A stretch of 34,283 nt of DNA from Promethearchaeati archaeon (GTDB lineage Archaea; Asgardarchaeota; Heimdallarchaeia; Heimdallarchaeales; Heimdallarchaeaceae): assembly GCA_013166775.1 (NCBI GenBank), contig JABLTJ010000034.1:1-34283 (forward strand), given 5' to 3'. The notes below the pieces were generated by a model that did no database searches, was not told the DNA's origin, and saw only the letters and a program-made list of their open reading frames with translations. The position numbers were made by a program, and so were the translations under genes. Positions 10,627 to 18,586 of the stretch are shown here, piece by piece (the stretch's first letter is position 1; each line of letters opens with the position of its first letter).

Positions 10627-11421
10627 CTATTTATCAAGAAAGAACCTTAAGGGTTCTAGAACATTTATTGGTCTTATATTTTCTTTCATTGGATATTGCC
10701 TTGTTTCTGCATTATAGCCCAATGATGATATAGGAATACATTTGAAATTATTTTTGAAATTAATTTCTAGATATTTGTAAGTAAAAGGCATTTTTTGTTC
10801 TACGAATTCCCTTGCATCCGGAATATCTATCAAATCAGATTTTGAGATACAAAAAGCAATTTTAATTCCTTCAACAATACCATACCTTTTATCTTTTTGA
10901 GATTTTCTTTTGCCTTTATTCTTCTTAATTATCCGCAGGATAATCGTAAACATTGTATCTTGATCATCGAAAGTAGAACCTATTGGGTTAGGATCAACTA
11001 ATAAAATGAAGCAATCTCCAGTATATAGCATATTCATAATTTTCTTTTGACTTTCTTTAAATTCAGGAGGTATTATTGATTTTCTTATTTGGGAATGAAA
11101 TCTAGCATCAAATATTATATTAATATCTTCGCCGGATAAATCATAAGTAGAGATTAGTGCTGCAGTTTTTACTTTACCATCTTCTTGATAAGATAATTTC
11201 ATGTTTAACTCTTTGAATTGTCTTTCAGGAGTAGAAAAAGTACTTCCTTGTAACACTAAATCTTCGAGAACCATCGAAAGATAATCCATTGAATCAGCAT
11301 GATCTCTCATGTCTAAAATGTAATTTTCAAATCCATATCTGTCAATTTCTCCAAATAAAACTGACAAATAAACTGTTTTACCGGCTTGAGGAATACCAAA
11401 GATTCTAACTCTTCTATCCAT
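10627..11421 (-). CDS. TRAFAC-class GTPase B (double-GTPase / DO-GTPase-like)
   Basis: G1 GIPQAGKT, G2 Thr (FST), G3 DLSGE, ILLVDP, G4 SKSD, G5 SSLG, C-terminal PINVLEPL. Confidence 0.9.
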   Translation of the reverse strand: MDRRVRIFGIPQAGKTVYLSVLFGEIDRYGFENYILDMRDHADSMDYLSMVLEDLVLQGSTFSTPERQFKELNMKLSYQEDGKVKTAALISTYDLSGEDINIIFDARFHSQIRKSIIPPEFKESQKKIMNMLYTGDCFILLVDPNPIGSTFDDQDTMFTIILRIIKKNKGKRKSQKDKRYGIVEGIKIAFCISKSDLIDIPDAREFVEQKMPFTYKYLEINFKNNFKCIPISSLGYNAETRQYPMKENIRPINVLEPLRFFLDK

Positions 11422-11433
11422 TGAAAATCACTA

Positions 11434-12303
11434 TTAACGTCTATTACGATAATCTGCAAATTGTTTTTTGAACCATTTTAAAGGTTCATCAATATTTTCT
11501 GGTTGTATAATATCCGGTACAATAGCATATTTACTACCATCTTCTGCTGTTTCGTTTTTAGTATTATATCCCAGAGAGGTAATATAAAACGATTTGACTC
11601 TGTCTTTTACGAAATAAAGTTTTTTAGCTCGCTTCCATGATTGTGGGATTAATTTGTTTAATTCTCTCTCTGTATGTTGATTATTATAATATAAATCTGA
11701 TTTTGTTAAAACAAAAGCTATTGAAACGTTTTCTATAACACTATTAGATTTCAAACGATTCTTCTTTTGATTAGTATCAATGATTTGATTCAAAATTGCA
11801 GCTAAAAAACGATCTTGTTTATGCCTACCAATAGGATTCGGATCAACCATAAACATAAATGATGAGGATTCCTCAATTAATGAATTGATTGTTTTTTTCA
11901 TATTTATAAATTCAGAAGGTTTATTTTCATCAGGAATATTTTCGTTAGGAATTTCTACAATTTGATTATTGGATAAGTCAAGGTTTGGAGCGAAAATATC
12001 TAATAAAGTATCTCCTCCAAAATCATAGGTTTCCATTCTAAATACAGTTTCTACAGTATTTTTTACTTGTCTACTCAAGTTAAATGCTACTTTACGAATA
12101 GATCGTCTATCAGTCATTTCTGGTAATACTTTTTTTTCATATAAATCTTGAGCAATACCACTAAGGTAAGCTTCCGAATCCTCTTCGTTTTTAAAATCCA
12201 AAACAAGTTCTGCTTTTAGTTTATTGAGATATTCATATAATACAACGAGATAAACCGTTTTACCAGAACTAGTGGTACCAAATAAACCTACTTTATTATT
12301 CAT
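11434..12303 (-). CDS. TRAFAC-class GTPase A (double-GTPase / DO-GTPase-like), paralog of GTPase B
   Basis: G1 GTTSSGKT, G2 Thr (PEMT), G3 DFGG, MFMVDPNPIG (VDPNPIG shared with B), G4 TKSD, G5 TSLG, PENIDEPLKW. Confidence 0.9.
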   Translation of the reverse strand: MNNKVGLFGTTSSGKTVYLVVLYEYLNKLKAELVLDFKNEEDSEAYLSGIAQDLYEKKVLPEMTDRRSIRKVAFNLSRQVKNTVETVFRMETYDFGGDTLLDIFAPNLDLSNNQIVEIPNENIPDENKPSEFINMKKTINSLIEESSSFMFMVDPNPIGRHKQDRFLAAILNQIIDTNQKKNRLKSNSVIENVSIAFVLTKSDLYYNNQHTERELNKLIPQSWKRAKKLYFVKDRVKSFYITSLGYNTKNETAEDGSKYAIVPDIIQPENIDEPLKWFKKQFADYRNRR

Positions 12304-12474
12304 AACTATTTAATTCCCTTGATTCAACTGTTATATAAGTAACAAAAGTACTTTAAAACTTTTTAGGAGAAGAAGAAAGTGCTTATAAAAATAAAAAAAA
12401 TCACTTCTTTATGAGAGAAATTTTTATTTATGAATTAAAGAACATAATATAGGCAAAAGATTGGGGTTAAATCA
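12304..12474. promoter_or_regulatory. Divergent promoter region between the GTPase operon and the ESCRT operon
   Basis: 171-bp head-to-head gap with TATA-like boxes ttatataa (~12331), tttaaaa (~12352) and purine-rich + ttataaaa (~12384). Individual boxes cannot be assigned in such AT-rich DNA. Confidence 0.5.
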
Positions 12475-13086
12475 GTGAACAAATTTTTTGAGTTCTTTAA
12501 AAGAAAGAAATTTTCAATTGATGATTTAGAAGAAATGAAAGAAGATATACAAGAATATCAAATGAATCTGCGCAGCGGGCTTAGAGAGAATAAAGCAAAA
12601 TTAAAACGTATTATTAAGAAAGGTAGAACTCCATCACCAATGGCTGTTATGAGGTACAAAAAAGTACAATTGATGGACAAGCAAGTAGGTGGACTAATTG
12701 ATACAATTGATGGTATGATGTTTGAAGTAGAATTTCAAGAAGCAATAGCTTCTATACGAACTATATCAACAGATCTCTATGAGTCATTAAATATGTTCAA
12801 TTTTTTTAAAGAAGTAGATAAACGCATGAAAGAAGTCATGAATGTTCAAGTAAATTACACTAAAAATATGGATAAAGAAGTGAAGAAACAAGAATTTTGG
12901 CTAGAAAATCTCGAAGAAAAAACCGAAGATCAGAGAATCGAATTAGAAGAAGAATTTGATTATTTGGGAGATGAGTTACTAGTTGAATTTATTATGGAAG
13001 ACAAAAAGCTAGTTGAAGAATTACCAAATGAGGTAAAAGAAAAACCAATAGTGAAACAAGTAATAATGATGCTTGAAAAAGGATAA
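12475..13086 (+). CDS. ESCRT-III/Snf7-like protein 1
   Basis: 203 aa, GTG start. N-terminal amphipathic FFEFFKRKK, basic helical hairpin then acidic half, ELP-containing tail with terminal helix (MIM-like). Two genes upstream of the MIT-AAA ATPase. Confidence 0.68.
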   Translation: MNKFFEFFKRKKFSIDDLEEMKEDIQEYQMNLRSGLRENKAKLKRIIKKGRTPSPMAVMRYKKVQLMDKQVGGLIDTIDGMMFEVEFQEAIASIRTISTDLYESLNMFNFFKEVDKRMKEVMNVQVNYTKNMDKEVKKQEFWLENLEEKTEDQRIELEEEFDYLGDELLVEFIMEDKKLVEELPNEVKEKPIVKQVIMMLEKG

Positions 13087-13143
13087 AGATTTTAAATTAA
13101 AAAAAACGATGTTTACAAAGTTATTTAACAAGGAGGTTTATAA

Positions 13144-13716
13144 TTGAAGTTTTTTAAGCAAAAAAAATCAATTGAAAAACAAATGAAAGAAGTCGATGAA
13201 GCACGAGATGAAGTACAAGATAGATTGTACAATGTCAATTCAAGATGCAATACCTTGAAAAATGAAATCAAACGTGATTTTAAGAAAGGAAAGAATCCTT
13301 CACCAGCTAAGAAAATGAATTACAAACGAGCACAAATTATCCGTGATGTAACGCAGGGATTATATGATACCTTAGATGGTATCTATGGTGAACTCGAGAT
13401 GGCTGAGGACTTTAAGGATCTCAGAATTGACAAACTATCAAGTATGGTCACTAAATATGATAAAGTGTTTAAAACAAATAATGCTTTTCTAAAAGATTTA
13501 TTCAAGTTGCAAGAAAAACAATTGGGCAAAGTTAAAAGTATTATTGATAAACAACACTTTCAATTAGAAAATCTTGAGGAATTAGCATCAGATTACGATG
13601 TTGAAATAACTGATGATATTACTATAGATATACTACAAGAATTCTCTGGAGAAGACAAGGAATTCGAAAAAGAACTTCCAGATAAATTCAAGAAAGCATT
13701 AGAGAGACGAAAATAA
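13144..13716 (+). CDS. ESCRT-III/Snf7-like protein 2, paralog of protein 1
   Basis: 190 aa, TTG start with GGAGGT RBS. Starts MKFFKQKKS. KGKNPSPAKKMNYKR...GLYDTLDG aligns with KGRTPSPMAVMRYKK...GLIDTIDG, and KQHFQLENLEE with KQEFWLENLEE. Ends in an ELP tail. Confidence 0.68.
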   Translation: MKFFKQKKSIEKQMKEVDEARDEVQDRLYNVNSRCNTLKNEIKRDFKKGKNPSPAKKMNYKRAQIIRDVTQGLYDTLDGIYGELEMAEDFKDLRIDKLSSMVTKYDKVFKTNNAFLKDLFKLQEKQLGKVKSIIDKQHFQLENLEELASDYDVEITDDITIDILQEFSGEDKEFEKELPDKFKKALERRK

Positions 13717-13744
13717 TCAGTTTGACTTTCATGAGGTTTATACA

Positions 13745-14899
13745 TTGACTGAATTTGATAAAGCTAAAATGTTTAAAGATAAGGGAAATAAAGCAGCAAA
13801 AGAAGGGAAATTCGAAGAAGCAAAGAAATACTATCTTGAATCAATAAAATATCTTACAATTTTACGAAATCGAACGAAACCTCCAATAAGTAATAATTAT
13901 CAAATGATGATAGATGCTGTTGCTAATCTAATCAATAAGCTAAAAGATAAGAAGGAAAAGGTTGGGAAGAAACCTGGTAAACCATATATAGGTAAAATCA
14001 AGATTCCAATTAACCTACCTGAAAATTGCAAAGATTTAATTATTCTAACAAATCGTGATTTTGATGATATAGCTGGATTAGATGACCTCAAAAGTACCTT
14101 GAAAAAAACAATAGAATATCCATTGAAATATCCAGATAAAGTGGACAAATGGGGATTCGAAGGTGAAACAGGAATTTTAATGCATGGCCCACCCGGTTGT
14201 GGTAAAACTTTCCTAATAGAGTGTACTGGTGGAGAATTTGGTGTACCAATTATCTCACTAACACCTGATTGCGTTATGGATAAATATGTTGGAGAATCAG
14301 CAAAAGCAATTAAAGAAACATATAAATGTGCTAGTTTTTTAGCACCAGCAATTGTCTTTTTGGATGAGATAGAAAGAATGCTATTTAGTAGTGACAGTTC
14401 TGGAGTTAATGCTCAAGTTACGAGTCAAATAATGCAACAATTATCCGGAATAACAGGAACAGCACTAGTTTCATCTGAAACACCAATAATAACAATAGCT
14501 GCCTCAAATCATCCATGGAAAATTGATGCGGCATTGATTAGAAGAGGACGCTTAGGAAAAATAATCTATGTACCTCCACCAGACAAGAAAGCAAGGAAAA
14601 AACTTTTTGAAATTTATATTGGAGATTATCCCCACGAAAAAGGCATTGATTTTGATAAATTATCTGAATTAACAAGTCCGGATAAATCTAGTGGATGGCA
14701 ATATTCTGCAGCAGATATTAGTCATATCTGTAAAGAAGCAAGAAACGAAGCATTTGAATTGGATAAAGAAGGACATTCGAATATAACAATCACAGAAGAA
14801 ATGCTGAGAAAGCATATTAGGAAAACAAATCGAAGTATTTCACCAAAACAAATTAAAGATTATAACGATTGGGAAAATAGATCAAATGAAAGCATGTAG
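13745..14899 (+). CDS. MIT-domain single-cassette AAA+ ATPase, Vps4/CdvC-like
   Basis: N-terminal MIT-like three-helix unit (AKMFKDKGNKAAKEGKFEEAKKYYLESIKYL). FDDIAGLDDLK, Walker A GPPGCGKT, pore loop DKYVGES, Walker B IVFLDE, AASNHPWKIDAAL, YSAADI, and a Vps4-type terminal helix RSISPKQIKDYNDW. Confidence 0.85.
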   Translation: MTEFDKAKMFKDKGNKAAKEGKFEEAKKYYLESIKYLTILRNRTKPPISNNYQMMIDAVANLINKLKDKKEKVGKKPGKPYIGKIKIPINLPENCKDLIILTNRDFDDIAGLDDLKSTLKKTIEYPLKYPDKVDKWGFEGETGILMHGPPGCGKTFLIECTGGEFGVPIISLTPDCVMDKYVGESAKAIKETYKCASFLAPAIVFLDEIERMLFSSDSSGVNAQVTSQIMQQLSGITGTALVSSETPIITIAASNHPWKIDAALIRRGRLGKIIYVPPPDKKARKKLFEIYIGDYPHEKGIDFDKLSELTSPDKSSGWQYSAADISHICKEARNEAFELDKEGHSNITITEEMLRKHIRKTNRSISPKQIKDYNDWENRSNESM

Positions 14900-14910
14900 G
14901 TGTCTTAAAA

Positions 14911-15552
14911 ATGAGTGATATTCCAAAAAAAGTAGATAAAAAAGTTAGAAAGGTTATTGAGGATATGGCAAAATATCTTTTGTCACAAGAAATTAAGAAA
15001 AATCCTAGAACTATTATAAAAGAAGCAGATAAATGCATATCAGAGGCTAAAACGTTATCTAGCAGACAAAGATATGAATATATGTCATTTTTTAATGATT
15101 TTGTTGCTGATGAAATGTTATTCTGCAATCAACAACATGCTAATTTCACTAAAAAATACAAAGATAAAATAACCGAAGCAAGAAGGAAAATGGAAGCCAA
15201 AGTTATAACAAAAGAAACTCTTGGTTTATTATTGAAACAAGCAGCTGAATATCGTTATAGAGCAAATGAATTTGATAATAAGAAATTCCTAATTGAAGGT
15301 CTTACTTCACAATTCGAAAATTGGTTTGTAGAAGGTAATTCTAAATATATTGTAAATTTGACTGATCAATTCATTTCTTTAGAAGGATTAAGAGATGAAG
15401 CTAAGTATCAAAGAGAAGCATTAAATGAAGTACTTAATATTTCAGATAAAGAATTAGCAGCTTTAGGAGAAGAATTGGGATTTGATCTTGAAGAAAGTGA
15501 CGAAATAGCTGATTTATTAAAGGATGATGATTACGAGGAAGAATTTAGTTAG
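14911..15552 (+). CDS. Helical protein with acidic tail; possible divergent third ESCRT-III-like subunit with N-terminal extension
   Basis: FTKKYKDKITEARRKMEAK...LLLKQAAEYRYRANEFDNKKFLIEGLTSQFE resembles the Snf7 alpha1-alpha2 hairpin. Basic-to-acidic charge gradient. Starts 11 nt after the ATPase stop. Confidence 0.45.
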   Translation: MSDIPKKVDKKVRKVIEDMAKYLLSQEIKKNPRTIIKEADKCISEAKTLSSRQRYEYMSFFNDFVADEMLFCNQQHANFTKKYKDKITEARRKMEAKVITKETLGLLLKQAAEYRYRANEFDNKKFLIEGLTSQFENWFVEGNSKYIVNLTDQFISLEGLRDEAKYQREALNEVLNISDKELAALGEELGFDLEESDEIADLLKDDDYEEEFS

Positions 15553-15611
15553 TAACAAAAAAAATTTTATAACTATTTTTCTCCTATTTTTTCGGAGAAA
15601 AAAACCATAAA

Positions 15612-16421
15612 ATGTGGTTAAGAGAAATGGTGTACGATGATTTAATTGTTGAAATAGATATTCTCTTGGGTCAGTATAATGGTGAAATATCACATTCTTC
15701 TTATTGGAATAACGAAGTAATTCCTACAAGATTCTATAATATTGATAAAGAAATTATGACTGAATTACCATTAGATTATCAAATAAAAAAGATGATTGAT
15801 ATAAAAAAGAGATTGAAGAAAAAGAAGGATATAAAGGATAAGCATATTGAACCATTAAAAGAGTCATTAGTATTTGTAAAGAAAAGTCTGAAAATTGCAA
15901 GAAGTTTTAACGATTATTTCAAAAGAATTGACAAACTAGAATTAGAATACAAAGATACTTTTGATAAGAAGAAATTTGAAACTATTAAATCTATCTTCGC
16001 AAAATTGCGATATGAATTACAAACTAGAGCAATCATACTTGATCTTTATCTTGATGATATTGAAGAAAAAATATCTCAGCTTGAGGAAAGAATCAATAAA
16101 GAGTCTGGTATAAAGTATCGCTCCTTAGAATCAAAACCATTATCAGTAGCAGATTCTTCTCCTATCACCGATTATCATTTAGATATTGATAACATGATTT
16201 CTGAAATAAATCAACATTTCGATTTCTTAACATTTAGTCGAACATTGACTTTGCGTATTAAGGAACAAAAAGCTATAGGGGAAAATTACATTATTTGTAG
16301 TGACATTCCTGAATCCATTTGCAGAGCATATATTGACCTACCTGAGAACAAAGGTTTGAAATTTGTGAAGGAAACTGGTTTAATTTTATTAGAGGAAAAT
16401 TCAGAGCAAAGCACTAGCTAA
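15612..16421 (+). CDS. Hypothetical coiled-coil protein in the ESCRT operon (weak steadiness-box-like hairpin; small alpha/beta C-terminal domain)
   Basis: 269-aa ORF in operon position with a long coiled coil. Function not recognised. Confidence 0.7.
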   Translation: MWLREMVYDDLIVEIDILLGQYNGEISHSSYWNNEVIPTRFYNIDKEIMTELPLDYQIKKMIDIKKRLKKKKDIKDKHIEPLKESLVFVKKSLKIARSFNDYFKRIDKLELEYKDTFDKKKFETIKSIFAKLRYELQTRAIILDLYLDDIEEKISQLEERINKESGIKYRSLESKPLSVADSSPITDYHLDIDNMISEINQHFDFLTFSRTLTLRIKEQKAIGENYIICSDIPESICRAYIDLPENKGLKFVKETGLILLEENSEQSTS

Positions 16422-16438
16422 ATGTATGAAGTGATTAT

Positions 16439-18187
16439 ATGGACTGGTTAAAGAAATTAGATCCAGCTGCTTATAATGTATTAACCATTATTCATGAAGC
16501 AACCCCCAGTGAATCCTTGGAATTAATTTTCATATCAAATAAGCATGTTAAAGGGATATTTAGTATTGATGATCATAAACAAGGATTAGAGCAACTTGAG
16601 TTAATGGATATTAATAGTAGCTACATTACTGAGTTGAATGGCAAAGTTAGAACTATTATTGGTAACTTGGGGATTTTTTCACTTAGTGTACCAGTTAAAA
16701 AAATAGTCAAAAAAGGACTAAATGAAATTAATGACAAAATAGTAAAAATAGGTTTAGCTCAAAATTCTTTCCCTGTTCTTAATAGTTCAAAAAATATTAT
16801 TATGGGTGAACAAATTGAGATAGGTGATGGATCTGGAATAAAAATAGGAATTGTTGATTCCGGAGTTGATCAAACACATCCTGACTTGAATGTAACAACT
16901 CAGTTCGATGTTACCTCAGATGATGGCATCCCAGAATTAGCTAATAAGGATAAAATGGGTCATGGTACTCATGTAGCTGGTATAGTTGCTAGTAGTGGTA
17001 ATAAAAACTCCACACTTAAAGGGATAGCTGCTGGAGCTGAAATTATCGCTGCAAAAGTTTTTTCAAATAGATATATTGGTGCTTATAGAGACAAAATATT
17101 AGCAGCCATTGAGAAATGTATTAGTCAATACAAAGTGGATATCATAAATCTTAGTCTTGGTGAATTGCCAATGGACTACTATGAGAAATCACAGGGGTTC
17201 CAGTACCTTTCCAGAAATGACGATTCATATCAAATAGCTTATGAACGAATTAGAAAAGAATATCCTCAGGTAATTCTTGTTGCTGCAGCAGGTAATGATT
17301 CAGATGTTGGAACAATAAATTTACCAGCTGAATATAATTCATTAATTGCAGTAGGTTCTGTAGAGAAAGATAAAAAACTATCATATTTTAGCTCGAAAGG
17401 TCCCACTCGAGATGGTCGGATAAAACCAGAGATAGTAGCACCAGGTGGAAGCATTTACGCATCTCGTTCTGTATTTTCAAATGACAAGTATATAGGGAAC
17501 GATTTCGAAGGGAATGAATACTATACTACTAAGTCAGGAACAAGTATGGCTACACCACATATTGTTGGTATAGTAGCTGTTATACTGAAGGAACTTAAAA
17601 AGCACTCGCAATATCAAAATACCAAATACGATCGTCATGAATTAATAAAAAGAATATTAATGCATAGTGCTTCAGATCTTGGTTTAAAAGCTATTGAGCA
17701 AGGAGCTGGATTAGTATGTCTCCCAAAAACCATAGAGCAAATTAGGAGCGGAAAGGTTTTTGAGCCGATAAAGTTAACAGAACGAAAATTAACTATTGAA
17801 TCAATAGAACCTCAAGTAATAGATGAATTTGTTCCTTTTAAGACAATTATACCATATTCAACGGATTTAAGTGAAAAAGTTGCTGTTATATCAACCCTAG
17901 CGAAAAACTTGCAAAAAATACAAGATAAATTCATACTAAGCTCAATTGGACCAATTGGAAGAAAAATACACAAAGCTGTTTTAACTAAGGAAACAACACA
18001 AGGATTAACCACATTTAGATATAGCTTACCGATTAAGCGATTACAGATGGAAATACAAGATATTCTAGAGCTTGAAAAAATCCATGCAAACTATACAGAA
18101 ACTAAACATCTATACTCTGAAATGGCTAATGCACTTTCAATGATCGAGCAATTGGAAACTAGCAGAAAACAAATGACGATAAATTAA
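16439..18187 (+). CDS. Cytoplasmic S8 (subtilisin-like) serine protease with N-terminal prodomain and helical C-terminal extension
   Basis: Catalytic triad IVDSGVD, GHGTHVAGI, SGTSMATPHIVG; oxyanion AAGN; FSSKGP...KPEIVAPG; QGAG. No signal peptide. Confidence 0.95.
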   Translation: MDWLKKLDPAAYNVLTIIHEATPSESLELIFISNKHVKGIFSIDDHKQGLEQLELMDINSSYITELNGKVRTIIGNLGIFSLSVPVKKIVKKGLNEINDKIVKIGLAQNSFPVLNSSKNIIMGEQIEIGDGSGIKIGIVDSGVDQTHPDLNVTTQFDVTSDDGIPELANKDKMGHGTHVAGIVASSGNKNSTLKGIAAGAEIIAAKVFSNRYIGAYRDKILAAIEKCISQYKVDIINLSLGELPMDYYEKSQGFQYLSRNDDSYQIAYERIRKEYPQVILVAAAGNDSDVGTINLPAEYNSLIAVGSVEKDKKLSYFSSKGPTRDGRIKPEIVAPGGSIYASRSVFSNDKYIGNDFEGNEYYTTKSGTSMATPHIVGIVAVILKELKKHSQYQNTKYDRHELIKRILMHSASDLGLKAIEQGAGLVCLPKTIEQIRSGKVFEPIKLTERKLTIESIEPQVIDEFVPFKTIIPYSTDLSEKVAVISTLAKNLQKIQDKFILSSIGPIGRKIHKAVLTKETTQGLTTFRYSLPIKRLQMEIQDILELEKIHANYTETKHLYSEMANALSMIEQLETSRKQMTIN

Positions 18188-18586
18188 TAATTAAACATTT
18201 TAGTAATTGACAAAGAGGAAACGCGAACGATTTTAGCAAATAATTAGAAAGTATAAAATAAAATTTGATGTTTAATCATTTTATCATATTTCTTAGACAT
18301 CTTATATCCAATTGTTCGTTTTCTATTAGTACTAATGACTATTAACCCTCGGGATATCTAATGATCATAAAGTACGCTAAAAGAATTAGTGGATACCTAA
18401 TAACTGAGTATTATTACTAGGAAATATGGATCTATTTTAGTAAAAACGATATCAAATGATTGTAAGTTCACGAATTTTTTATTAATTATTATCAAATATT
18501 ATATCAAGAGATTGAAGTTTGAATTTAAAATTAGTCAAAATTAGATTCTATATTAACTAAAAGATAGAGGAAGGGTTGTTAGCAAG

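Noticed and set aside
13745-14899. Cdc48, FtsH or PAN annotation
   Set aside because: Single AAA cassette, with no Cdc48 N-domain, no TM or protease domain, and no OB/coiled-coil PAN N-terminus.
13745-18187. AAA ATPase + subtilase as an IetAS-type toxin-antitoxin/defence pair
   Set aside because: The genes are separated by two ORFs, the ATPase has MIT and Vps4-type features with ESCRT-III-like neighbours, and the protease looks like a classical subtilisin. It is not excluded as a functional analogy.
18188-18586. 400-bp AT-rich gap as an ncRNA or replication origin
   Set aside because: No convincing stem-loops, iterons or ORF remnants seen by eye.
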